Positions 26,177 to 38,508 of a stretch of DNA of 64,000 bases are shown here, in pieces (the first letter of the stretch is position 1; every line of letters begins with the position of its first letter). The notes under the pieces were generated by a model. The model saw nothing but the letters and a program-made list of their open reading frames with translations. It was not told the origin of the DNA and ran no database searches. The position numbers and the translations under genes are program-made. The stretch is taken from contig NC_042997.1 in assembly GCF_006345805.1 (NCBI RefSeq), forward strand, positions 43,586,001 through 43,650,000. The letters are read 5' to 3'. This stretch comes from Octopus sinensis (Eukaryota).

Positions 26177-26420
26177 TACTCTTTACTCTTTTTACTCTTT
26201 TTACTTGTTTCAGTCATTTGACTGCGGCCATGCTGGAGCACCGCCTTTAGTCGAGCAAATCGACCCCGGGATTTATTCTTTGTAAGCCCAGTACTTATTC
26301 TATCGGTCACTTTTTGCCGAACTGCTAAGTGACGGGGACGTAAACACACCAGCATCGGTTGTCAAGCAATGCTAGGGGGACAAACACAGACACAAACATA
26401 CACACAAATACATATATATG

Positions 26421-26460
<40 letters not shown>

Positions 26461-26622
26461 TACGACAGGCTTCTTTCAGTTTCCGTCAACCAAATCCACT
26501 CACAAGGCATTGGTCGGCCTGAGGCTATAGTAGAAGACACTTGCCCAAGATGCCACGCAGTGGGACTGAACCCAGGACCATGTGGCTGGTAAGCAAGCTA
26601 CTTACCACACAGCCACTCCTGC
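26177..26622 (-). mobile_element. SINE family B, full length
   Basis: Reverse complement of the 38872-39284 copy, with an internal (TA)n. Confidence 0.92.
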
Positions 26623-26757
26623 ATTGCTATTTCTGAGTAATTCTTTTTTCAGATACTTTTAATGTGCCAACGAAAAAATATTTCCCCCAAATCGTTCGAG
26701 CGTGTTTTTCTCGTCTTTGTCATCTTTTTTTAAACAATTTTTTTTTTAATCTATGAG

Positions 26758-28030
26758 CAGAGGTACCCAATCCGTTCTATGTTTCGAACACTTAAGTGTT
26801 TGATTAATTTTCGCACTCTGTACAGTAATGACGTCACATTTGAAGATGAAATATAAATTTTCTAATAAGTTATTTAGTATTTTTCAATTAACTACACATA
26901 ATGATGTAGGTGAACAAATTGGACCTTACAACAATAAGCACTTGACACAGTATAAATAAAAACTAAATTTAAATTGAGGAAAATAAAATAAAACTAAACA
27001 AGGAAATCAATCTAAATCACGATAACTGCTTTCTTCTTGCTTTTCAATTACGCTTGGCACACTGTACAGTTGTCCATAAGCCCAACAGATCTTGGAGCTT
27101 AATTCTGATCTACGTATTCTGTGGCTTGCTGTTAATAAATAAATTCTTTAGGGCCCTGAGCATTTATTTGCTTGGAGGCCTATAATGCAGCTAAGACGGC
27201 CTTGAATTCACGATTTTATCAAAATGAGAAAAATGTTCTTGTTTTACGATCTACAGAAATGATTGTGGATTCAGGCAATTTTGAGGTTTTTTTCTTGGTT
27301 GACGAAATAAAACTGGACCCAGATGCACTGCAAACGGAATGACGAATGGTCAGAATCTTTTCAGAGTTACATTTACATTTATAGAGTAATACCATTCTCG
27401 ACACGCTTAATAGAATAACGTTATCTTAAAGAGAAGTCAGTAAGTTTTATTCTGAAAAGTGATTATAATAACGCATTTACTTTCTATCTTCGTCACCCGA
27501 AATGCTATCTCGCAACCCGCCCAAAGAGCATGTGGAAGTGGTTAGATGGATGATAGATATTTGTGTAGGCTGCGTATTGTTCCCATATAACAAAAACAAA
27601 AAAACAAGTTACCATATAAAATTTTCAGCGCATCACATTTATTTACAAAAAGACATTACAAAATTGTCTGCCGAGATTGTTAGATGTCAGGAGTGTATCT
27701 ATGTATTGAGAAATATAAGAAAATATGCTTTCATATTTGATGAGATGCTCTTTTAACATGGCTGCCAATAAGCAAGACTATCTCTAACGAACTCTGCTAA
27801 GCTTCTCTCCTCTCGGATTTTTCTTCCGGTGCATGCCAATTTATAGCCATATTTTGACAGGAAATTGCATGGAAATTTCCATAGAAATCACGCGATCACA
27901 CAACCGCACCTCTCTTACAATTTGTCAAAATACAGTGCAAAATCACCTGATATGTCGTAGGCTTTTATTCTTGTTACTGAGATATCAAGGTTTCGAATTG
28001 CAAGCGTCGCTACAGATATGACATCTTGAA
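26758..28030 (-). mobile_element. hAT (Charlie/Buster-like) transposon remnant
   Basis: CAGAGGTACCCAA TIR-like end; minus translation PFVIPFA...KKPQNCLNP...HFDKIVNSRPS resembles a decayed hAT dimerisation domain. Confidence 0.4.
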
Positions 28031-28211
28031 TAATTCATATTCTTTGATTCAAATTTTCGGCTGCTGTTTAATCCAGGTCAGCCCTGACCAAACAAGTTAT
28101 AATCAAAGGTATTTTAACTTGTCCATCCTGTCTTTTGCATATCAGGAAGTAAATTGACTCCTTTTAATACGTTGGGATGTGATTTGAGAGATGTGGAATG
28201 TGTTTTGTATG

Positions 28212-28913
28212 TGTGATTATGCCGGTTGGAAATAACATCACTAAGTGAGACAAGCTGACACTGAGTCAGCTCCGTTGACTGACAGGTGATGGTCGTTTAG
28301 AGAATGCGCGGGCTAAAACTATGTGCCTTCACTAGTTAGTTAAGGTGAGACAGTGTCACATGACAATTTGCTGGGGCTGCCTGCTGGAGCCTAGCGGCAG
28401 GTATTTAAAGGGACAAATTTGACAAGTCAGTCAGTCACCGGCTGACACTCGCTGACAATACATCGAAGAGGCCAGTGAACAGAAGAAAGAAGAAGGAAGA
28501 CATGCACCCAACACCAGAGCTGAAGACACCTCCGAAAGGGGTGGGGCACCACGTCAAAACGGTAGATGAGTAGGGGCCGAAATCGGACGTGGCTCCTCCT
28601 GATGATATCTTCAGCTAACTGGATCCTATAAAGGAGCTGTTGTGGTAGCAGACCACGAAACACGGTTGTAATTCCTCCTGTGTGCAAATGTGTTTATTAT
28701 GTGTTATGTGAAATGTATAACGTTAATCACTTCACAGCGTGTGCCGTGTGCCCTTTTTGTGCCACCAATACTGCTCGGGTTGCCATGCGGCTTGCAAGAC
28801 TAAAACCTCGAGAGAGGCAGTTTTTTGCTGGCAGATATGGGGGCTAAAGCATCAGATAAGGGACCACTGGTGAACAGGTTTCCTGCTATAGAGCGACTAC
28901 ACGGCTCCTCACA
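28212..28913 (+). mobile_element. Possible solo LTR
   Basis: GC-richer block bounded by TGTGA...TCACA with an internal TATTTAAA; no TSD found. Confidence 0.35.
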
Positions 28914-29814
28914 TTTCAGAAGAGAGGGTGGAAAGTGTTTTCCCGGTGGAACGAGCAGAGATAAAGTAGTTGTGATGAGGTATCTGTACGGACTCTGAAG
29001 TATGAAGTGATTCGAAAAGTGAGTGAAGGGCAGAAGAACCAGGGGTGTGGGTAGGTAGAAGTTGCAAGGGTGTATGGCAAGCTGAGAGATGGAGAAAGTG
29101 AAGGAGTGAATATAAAGAAAGACAAGTATTGAGTGAATAATAAGTGAAGGCGGTAGGGAAGAGTAAGTGACAAAAGGGTTAAGGGGTGGACGTAGTGAAT
29201 GGTAGATAAAGTTAGGTGGGGGGGACCAGTTAATGAATGGGGATTAAGAGTAGCAGAATATTAATGATGATATAGTAGACAAGGGAACGATAAGAGTGTG
29301 AAAGAATGAAAGCGAGCGAGTGAGCAAGAGAGAGAAAGAGAGAGAGAGAGAGAGAATTTCTTTACTCACCATAAGGTTGAGAAAAAGAGGGGACAATACG
29401 GGGACAGACAAAACAAACGTTGGGGTCAGGGTATCGAATGAGACGAAACGTATGAATAAACAGACAATTAAAATATATACAATTAAATAACAAAAAAATG
29501 AAGCGGGGGACGCGGTTGACCCCACAAACCACAGACTCACACTGAAGACTTTGCTTTCTCCTTTTTTATATTCTCGTTTAAACAGAGAGTTAAAAACATA
29601 AAGAACACTGGCAGTTTCGTATAAGACAAGTTGCTGTCGGTTTGATACCAGATCTGCAGCTGGTACAAGGACCGAAGGCCACATGTTGGTGGAATTGTAC
29701 TGAAGATAGGGCAATGGTAAGAAATTATGGTAATCTCTCGTAGTCCGAGAAAGACTGTTTCTACAATTTATTTGCTGAACAACCTATACGAACGATTTGC
29801 TTATGGTATCAAAT

Positions 29815-29990
29815 GCTTGAGCTGTACATTGGCTCACTTTCCCCATCAAATGGACATTGCCTGAACAGGTACACGGTGTACCTCATGTCAGGTGTCGAAG
29901 TGATCGTAGAGCAACGTAAGTTGAAGCGTTTTGCCCAAGAACACAATGCACGACTACCCTGTCCAGGAATTGAAACCACTAGGTTATGCG
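29815..29990 (-). mobile_element. Degenerate CORE-like SINE
   Basis: Minus strand GGTTTCAATTCC B box followed by GCATTGTGTTCTTGGGCAAAACGC. Confidence 0.6.
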
Positions 29991-30236
29991 CCCTCACGGA
30001 TGATAGGACAATAAAAGTTAAGTAACAGACCTGGGAAGACTGGAAAAATGTGGGAAACAAAGAACAGTATCAAGTAGCCAGGAGTCTGCACATTCAGGGC
30101 GAGAATCAGAAATGAAAGTAATCAGAACTTTCACTCGTGCAGCCTACGCTTAAATCTGACTCTTATCCTAACCTTAACAGAACATTTACCAAATGTTTAG
30201 TATCTGTTTTCTTCATAGAATTTTATCCATCTTAAA

Positions 30237-30420
30237 GGCGGCGAGCTGGTAGAATCGTTAGCGCGCCGGGCAAAATGCTTAGCGGCATTTCGTCCGTCTT
30301 TACGTTCTGAGTTCAAATTCAGCCGAGTTTGACTTTGCCTTTCATCGTTTTTGGGGTCAATAAAATAAATACCAGTTGGACATTGGAATCGATGTAATAG
30401 ACTTACCCGCTCCCTTAAAG
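30237..30420 (+). mobile_element. SINE family C
   Basis: GGCGGCGAGCTGG head plus central domain. Confidence 0.85.
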
Positions 30421-30897
30421 TTGTTGGCTTTTCACACCTACATGAACTTACCTGCCCACTCACCCTGTCCAGTTTTTTGCACCTCATCACTCCACCCCTT
30501 GTACACTAACGTTTGCCAGAACACATCTTTTTCATCATATTTTTCCTCTCTCTCTTTCTTTTTTCCCTCTCTCCTCCCCTCTCTCTTTTTCCAAATAAGG
30601 TTATGTATCTCCTCTACTGCAAGTCTCCTATTTCTGTCCTTTTATCATAAAGCGGACGTTAAATTATGACGACGATGATGATGATGATGATGCTTCTACA
30701 TACAACTTATTTACATATTGGTAAAACGATCTGTTGACTGATAAATGGCCTTGTCTGAAATACAACACGGCTCTGGTCATGCGATTTTGAACGATCAACA
30801 CTCTGATTGATATGCCAGCTTCGTAACAACTTGACTAACAATAGTTCTGGTGTAAGTTTTAGAGCAGCCGAATATTCTAAGATGTTGCAGACGATTA

Positions 30898-31038
30898 TAA
30901 GGTTGTCCCAAAAGTTCGTAGAAAGTCTTGGAAAATAATGGTCTTTATTTTGAGGAATAATTTTTGTTGCTTTTGTTAGTACTTGGCGAGTAAAAATTCA
31001 ATTTTCGCAAGTGTTTACGAACTTTTGGGACAACCTAA
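30898..31038. mobile_element. Tc1/mariner-type MITE
   Basis: TIRs TAAGGTTGTCCCAAAAGTTCGTA / TACGAACTTTTGGGACAACCTAA flanked by TA on both sides. Confidence 0.85.
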
Positions 31039-31289
31039 TATTTATAACTGGTTTACGTACCAAATGGGAATTTATGCCAAAATTATATTTTAAAAGAATT
31101 TCAAGAAGTTCAATGGAAGTATGAAAGAAATGTTGAAAGATCATTCGCATTCCTATTTCGTTTCATAAAAAATTCACTCGGTTGGGGATACAGGGGATAA
31201 AGGTCGTTAGTGAAAAAAATAAGCATTTAAGAATAAAATAACACGGATAAAGAATGAAAGGGGGAATTACCTAGGGGTGCCTTCTGAGT

Positions 31290-31912
31290 AAAATTGATTT
31301 GCTCTCCCCACAATTTCTGGCCTTGTGCAAAAATTTCAAACCATTTTTAAGCTAGTGGCGCGTTGGCAGAATTGTTAACACACTAGGCAAAATGCTTTGT
31401 GGCATTTCGTCTGTCTTTACGTTCTAAGTTCAGATTTACAAGGCCGACTTAACCTTATATCCTTTCTGGGATCGATAAAAGAAGGACCCATTGAGCACTG
31501 AGGTTGATGGAATCGATTTAACCTTCTCGTAAAGGAAGATGTTTTATACCAAAATTAGAAAGAATTGTTAACTAGGCGTGTCGGTGGTGAGCTGGCAGAA
31601 TCGTTAGCGTGTCAGAGAAAATGCTTGATGGCATGTCTTCCATATTTTTACGTTCAAATGTGAGTGTGTGTATGTGTGTGGCTGTGTGTGAGTGTGCGCA
31701 CGCGCATGCTTAGTGGGTGGGTGCGCTGTTCCAGATATAAGAGCCAGGAACGCATATGAGACATCAGTCAATATATTATAGTCAGTAAGTTCAAATGCCG
31801 CCGAGGTCGACTTTGCCTTTCATCCTTTCAGAGTCGATAAAATTATGTAGAAATTGAGCTCTGGAATTGATGTAATCGACTTTCCCCACCCCCCACTCCA
31901 AGAATTTCAGGA
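31290..31912 (+). mobile_element. Cluster of degenerate SINE C pieces
   Basis: Heads at about 31357 and 31585; central domain at about 31790. Confidence 0.7.
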
Positions 31913-32484
31913 TTATTAAGTGAGGGCTTGGGACATAAATTGACATGGAATTCTGATGGAAGATTTTAACTTAGAACGCTTTAAAACAAAAAGTTTGTCA
32001 TAGAACCAGAGGCAGTTCCAGATGGGTCGGTATCAACAGGGTTAATGTGCCATTTCTCTGAACGTCTGCATATAATTGGCCCCCAAAACACATCTGGTGT
32101 ACCTACTCGTTACACTGACTATAATATATTGACTGATATCTCATATGAGTTCCTGGCTCTTTTATCTGGAACAGTGCACCCACTAAGCACGCGCGCGCGC
32201 ACGCACACACACACACACACACCACACACACACACACACACACCACACACACACCACACACACACGTGCGAGCCGGATCACATCCATAAAAATGCCATTT
32301 GCCTGATAGGCAAATTCTCACTTACTAACACTCAACAATTAAACTGTGACCTCTCATTGCTTTTTCTTCCATTTAAAGGTCACTAGTGTTGTTGTTGACT
32401 CAGTGTCTATTCTGACTAATTACAGAAAAAAAAACTCTAGTCATATTCATCTGAAAAGAAGCTTATATAGGCATGTACACGTGT

Positions 32485-32520
<36 letters not shown>

Positions 32521-32736
32521 TACACAGACGTATATACATGCATGTATATATATGTATATGTGTGATTGTTTCTATGTATATATGTATCCATGGATAGATA
32601 CACACTCACACACTATATATAATATATATATACATATACATATACATACATATATATGTGTATGTGTACGTGTGTCGGTATATATATGCGTATACATACA
32701 TACCATGCATACATACATATATACAAATACATATAC

Positions 32737-32815
<79 letters not shown>
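32485..32815. repeat. (CA)n/(TA)n low-complexity tract
   Basis: Directly visible. Confidence 0.93.
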
Positions 32816-32816
<1 letters not shown>

Positions 32817-33061
32817 AGATAAGAAAATGGAGAAATACATCTAAATCAAATATCAATTACCAGATAATACTCAATCACATACTTTATTAAACCACCACAT
32901 AAGAGACTGTAGGGTTAAACATAAAAAAGCAGAACAAATCAGTGTACATAAAGGAATGTACATAAAAAGTGTACATAAAAGAGTAATGTTGTATAATAAG
33001 TAGAATATATATAAAAAAGAGAATATAAATATAAGTAAATATAAATATAAGTATAGATTAC

Positions 33062-33188
33062 ATCTTACAGCTGTTTCGGCCATGTAGATAAGTATGTCTC
33101 ATTTTACCAATATTAGCCTTTTATGGTAGGTCAATATATAGATATAAATGAGACATTTACAAAAATATCATAAGGCCTCTTCGGAGAT
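33062..33188 (-). ncRNA. Type I hammerhead-ribozyme-like motif (U4C core) with long stem II
   Basis: Minus strand ATCT-CCGAAGA-GGCC...GGCC-GAAA-CAGCTG-TA-AGAT; internal inverted repeat ATGTCTCATTT/AAATGAGACAT. Confidence 0.6.
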
Positions 33189-34101
33189 ATACATATACAT
33201 ATGAGTGCATATACTCACACTCCTATACATATAAAAATATACATATACATAATGATGTAAATAAATAATATAAATTAGTAAACATATATACGTTCCACAT
33301 TCAATGTTTCAGTTCTTCAACTTAATATTGTGATAATAAACATACACATATTAGTACCTAGATGCAAATATACATAGTCAATAGTACATTATATTACTTC
33401 CTACTAATTTCCAAAGTGTCATTAAAGTTAGCATCATTATCGTTGTCAATACCATTAATGCTACCATTATTATCATTCATAATATTATTAATAACGCTTA
33501 CATTAGGATCCAAAGTGGCACATATGTATGTCCGGGTTCCAGTTAGTAATTTTCCTTATGACATAAATACACTATTGGATTTGAATTTAAATTATCATTG
33601 TCTTCCTCACGGTTGGTTCGCCGAGAGCCGCCCGACCTCCACCACACCGCACAAGAAAAACATACACATCCACATCCAACCCTAAACCCACACGTCCACA
33701 TAAAAACCCACACACACATGCACACACACGTGAATACATTCCGACATATCCACACACTCACTAGATTGCAGAGTGTATGTCTGTCATCGCATGGCTTATA
33801 GACAAATCAGTACAGGCAGCAGTGTCTATACACTAACACATACACTCACACGCACATCCGCATATACTCATAGATATTAATACACTTTCATATACTGTAT
33901 CAGGGAACATTCGCACACACATATATACATATTTAAATATATATCTGCGCACTCATACGTACAAATAAAACCTATACTTATATCCACCCATGAATAAATA
34001 TTTGCATATACATATATACATATCCAATAAGCAAAATACGAAGACAGGTGAAGAAACAACAAGCAGGCGTATTAGTTTGGCGCTCGAGAAGAATGGAAAG
34101 G

Positions 34102-34139
34102 TCTTTGACGTTTCGAGCCTACGCTCTTCGACAGAAAGA
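34102..34139 (-). ncRNA. Minimal type I hammerhead-like motif, variant core CUGUCGA-A
   Basis: Minus strand TCTTT-CTGTCGA-A-GAGC-gtag-GCTC-GAAA-CG-TC-AAAGA. Confidence 0.6.
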
Positions 34140-34235
34140 TTGAGAGGTAAAAAAAAAACGGAGAGAAAAAAACGTGTAGGGATTAAAGGTTCAGCATGAT
34201 GAACTATATATATATGTATGTATATGTATGTGTAT

Positions 34236-34274
<39 letters not shown>

Positions 34275-34302
34275 TAGTAGTAGTAGTAGTAGTAGTAGTA
34301 GT

Positions 34303-34333
<31 letters not shown>
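34236..34333. repeat. (GTA)n microsatellite
   Basis: Directly visible. Confidence 0.95.
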
Positions 34334-34834
34334 AAAATGCCCTAATGCAATACCAAGCAGTGGCTCTCATGGCCTCTAATCTTAACTAATAGGAAGTGTC
34401 AACAAGATGAGTTACAGTAAATATTCTACTCAAAACCACAGATTTGCTTGTCAGTTGCTTGACCATAAGCAGTTGAGAGTGTCCCTTAGTAGCTGACGAT
34501 ATGTTCATCTCTGATCACGAGCAGGAGCATGTATTAAGAGGAAGTTTAAGGGTTTGTATAATTCACTCTTGGAAACATATGTGTTGCATTCATAATACTT
34601 AAACAACCCTTATTCAGGGAAATTTTTGCGCTGACTACTCGAGCTAAAGAAAATTCTAGTAGAGCCGCACCTACAAGGTCATACGCTGTTTCTCTTGATA
34701 TGAGGTCACTATGTAGTGCACATATGGTTGTGATGCATGTACCTGATGTACCTTTATCAGACGAGTAGTTATGATAGATATATCGGGTTTCGTATATTTG
34801 TAACTTTGCTGGTGCGTGCTCCTCTCTCAATCGT

Positions 34835-34872
<38 letters not shown>

Positions 34873-34875
<3 letters not shown>

Positions 34876-35177
34876 TCGTAGGAGCACTAGGAATGATCAA
34901 GAAGGGAACCGAAAATTATATGAGAATGATCCCTGCAAGAAGTGCAAAAGATTGTCTTAACTGGTACATCACACGTATTGAGAAGAGCATTGTCGATGTG
35001 AGAACTGTTGCTGCTCATGTATTTTAATTTAACTTAAAAAAAAAAAAAATTTTTAATGAACGAACTATTGAGTTTGGTTTAATGGCCTACCAATGTATAC
35101 TATGAGTTTCTTTGCCCTAGGAGTCGGGAAGACACTCGGCAAGAAATGGAAGCAAATTTGAAAGAAGAAAAAAAAAG
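34873..35177 (+). mobile_element. RLE (Dong/R4-like) LINE, short 5'-truncated copy in (TAA)n
   Basis: IVGALGMIKKGTENYMRMIP plus 3' UTR; (TAA)n on both sides; near-identical to 39690-40007. Confidence 0.9.
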
Positions 35178-35229
35178 TAATAATAATAATAATAATAATG
35201 ATGATGATGACGACGACGACGACGATGAT

Positions 35230-37572
35230 GGAAGATATAAACTCTTTGAACAGTGTAGTATCAATGCTTGTCAGGAAAAGAAATGAAAAACTTAAGAAAG
35301 AATGGAAATTCGAAAAAGTTAGGAGGAAGTATGGTGTAGATACAAAGTTCTTGAATGTTGTAATTGAAGAACTGAAGCAGCGCATACATGCAAAAAAAGC
35401 AAAGCTGATGGTGTACAGGGATTTTGGATAATAATGTTCAGTAGTTGCCATAAATTGATCGCAGAGCAATTTGATGCATTTATCAATGGAGAAGAAGAAA
35501 TCCCGGACTGGTCGACAAAAGGACGAACGGTGTTGTGCCTGAAGGATGCATCAAAGGGAAATGCTGCTGACAATTACAGACCAATTTCCTGCCTCTCGTT
35601 AATGTGTAAGTTACTGTCAGGAGGAATTGCAGAAGAACTGTATAAATTTCTTGATGAGAGCGATATATTGCCGACAGAGCAAAAAGGCTGTAGAAGAGAG
35701 ATGCGGAGGAACCAAAGATCAACTATTGATAGACAAAATGGTAATGCAAGATTGTAAACAAAGGAGAACAAATCTGGGAATGGTCTGGATCGACTATCGC
35801 AAAGCTTATGATATGATTCCACATCCGATGATCATCGCGTGCTTAGATCTGTTTGGAATTGCGAGGAATTTAACGTGTTTCCTGAAGAGAACTGTGGTGG
35901 GATGGAAAACTGAACTGACGTCTTACGGAAAAAGCTTGCACACCCTGGGTATCAGAAGAGGGACTTCCCAGGGTGATAGCTTATCTCCGTTGCTGTTCTC
36001 TGCATGATACCTCTGACCTTAGTACTTAGGAAAATGAACCTAGGGCATCAACTAAAGGAAAATCCCAAACCATCAACCACCTCTTCTTCGTGGATTAATG
36101 GAAACTGGATGGCAAAGATGAGACACAAGTGAATTCCTTGGTGAACACGGTCCACTGTTTTTGTACTAGTATTAGAATGGAATTTAGACTCAAAAGTGCG
36201 GAATAATCTACCTAAAGAGAGGCAAGTTGCAGTCCCTGGCAGGGGTAAAATTACCAATTAGAGACTTGAATAAACAAGTTGAAACGGAAGGAGGCAAATA
36301 TCTTGGTCTACTGGAGTTCAACGAGATAATGGAAAAAGGAAATGAAAGAGTAACTGAGGATGGAGTATTTCCGAAGACTGAGGTTAGTGTTGCGTTCAAA
36401 ATTGACTGGATGGAACAAAATCCAAGCAGTTAATACGTGGGAGATAGCATTACTTCGGTATGGAGCGAGAATTATAAAATGGCAAAAGAGAGAAGTGAAG
36501 AAAATGGATACCAAGACCAGAAAAATGTTGACAGTACACGTAGCCTTCCACCCTAAGAGTGACACCGATATGCTGTACTTGTCGAGAAGAAAGGGTGGGA
36601 GAGGTTTGATCGGTTGCCGGGAATGTATCGGAGCAGAGGAAAACAGCTTAGGGTGGCATATTAAAAATGCCGTGGAGCCACTGTTGAATCACATGAAGGC
36701 CGGCGTCATCAAAACTGAAAAAATGTGTAACTAAAAGAAAATTTAAACAAGGAATGAACGAAAAAAAAAAGGAAAAGAAAAGGCATGGAAGGAAAAGAAA
36801 ATGAACGGTCAGATACAGAGGACCGGTGGCTATGGATGAGGGGGAGTGACCTGAAGATAGAGACAGCAGTACTCATATGCGCAGCTCAAGAACAAACGCT
36901 AAGGATCAAATATATGAAGTGCACTGATAGCGACAAATGAAGAACGTGTAATGAGAGGGGTGTAACTGTATGGCATATCGTTAGCGAATGCTCGAAATTG
37001 GCACAACGTGAATACAAAAGACACCATGTCAAAGTGGCAAGAATGATCCGTTGGGAGCTCTGTGGAAATCACGGCCTACAAAGAGCAGAGACGTGGTATG
37101 AGAAAACTCCAGAAGGCGTCACCAAAAATGAGACTAGCAAAATCCTGTGGGATGCAATGATCCAGTGCGATCAGCGGACCAGACATCGGAAAAAAGTAAG
37201 GTGTATGTCAATCGACATAGCATGCCCCGGTGACAACAGGATCAATGTGAAAGAAGAAGAAAAAGCGAAACAACTATGGCGATTTGAAGTGGGGAAATAC
37301 GAAGGTTGTGGTAAATGAAGAGAGTAGACGTGATACTAATAGTAATTGGTGCGCTTGGAAGTATCAGCACTCAACTACCAACATGGCTGAAAAAAGATTG
37401 ATGCAAGTGTGAAGGTAGAACACTTACAAAAATCAGCATTGCATGGAACTGCAAGAATTCTTCACAGGGTTCTTGAATCATGACCAGTAAACAAGTGTCA
37501 CCTTAGTCTGCTGGCTGTGGACAGCTGACACTTTTCATCATAGCCAGCAAAATAAGCTGTGAGTGTTCACAT
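35230..37572 (+). mobile_element. RLE (R4/Dong-like) LINE, second family, frameshifted
   Basis: [55 protein letters not shown]; ends in (TAA)n. Confidence 0.92.
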
Positions 37573-37589
37573 GATAATAATAACAATAA

Positions 37590-37798
37590 TCTTTTCTACT
37601 ATAACTACAAGGCCTGAAATTTGGGGGAAGTTGACTAATCGACTACATCAATGTCAGTACTCAATTGGTACTTATTTTTTCGACCCTGAAAGGGCAAGAG
37701 GCAAAGTGGGCCCCGATAGAATTTGAACTCAGAAGGTAAGGCCGGAAGAAATGTTACTAAGCATTTACTCCGGTGTAGTAACGATTAAGCACCACCTT
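37590..37798 (-). mobile_element. Degenerate SINE C
   Basis: GGTACTTATTT...GAATTTGAACTCAGAA. Confidence 0.7.
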
Positions 37799-37800
37799 GA

Positions 37801-38421
37801 GGTAGAAAAATGTAACGATTCTTTGAGACTTTCCAGTACACAGACAGAACCATCAAAAGTAATGAACCAGATATTGTGAAAAACCAACCCAGCAGAGTTT
37901 GTTGAATGATCGACCTGAGCATTCTTTCTGATCATAATATCTCGGCAAAAGAAGTTGACAAGTTCATAATATGTATAGATTTTCAGACTGAAATCGAAAA
38001 AATGTGGCATCTAAAGACGGTTAAAATACCAGTGATTGTAGGAGCACTTGGAATGATTAAAAAAGGGACTGAAAAGTATTTGAGAATGATCCCCGGTTTG
38101 CCAGCCATCTAAGAAGCGCAAAAGATTGTTTTAACTGGTAACTGGTCACACGTACTGAGAAGAGAATTGTTGCTGTGAATTTTCTTTCCTTTTTTCTCCG
38201 TTTTCTTTGTTTTCTTTTTCCATTTTTTCTTTTCTTTAAATTTTCTATCTTTTCTTTTTTCCTATATTTTTTTCTTTTTTGCCCTCTTTTTCTGTCATAT
38301 AACTTGACTTCCTAAATAAACAATCGGGTATATTTATTTTAATGGCTTACAAATGTATTCAGAGAGTTTCTTTGTCCTAGGTGTCGGGAAGACACTCGGC
38401 AAGAAATGGAAACAAATTTGA

Positions 38422-38422
<1 letters not shown>
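37801..38422 (+). mobile_element. RLE LINE 3' portion
   Basis: EIEKMWHLKTVKIPVIVGALGMIKKG; 3' UTR homologous to the other copies; followed by (TAA)n to 38508. Confidence 0.88.
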
Positions 38423-38452
<30 letters not shown>

Positions 38453-38508
38453 TAATAATAATATAATGATAATAATAATAATAATAATAATGATAATAAT
38501 AATAATAA

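Noticed and set aside
28515-28675. CTGAAGA/CTGATGA...GAAAC as hammerheads (LTR retrozyme)
   Set aside because: Stems I and II cannot be closed around the core motifs.
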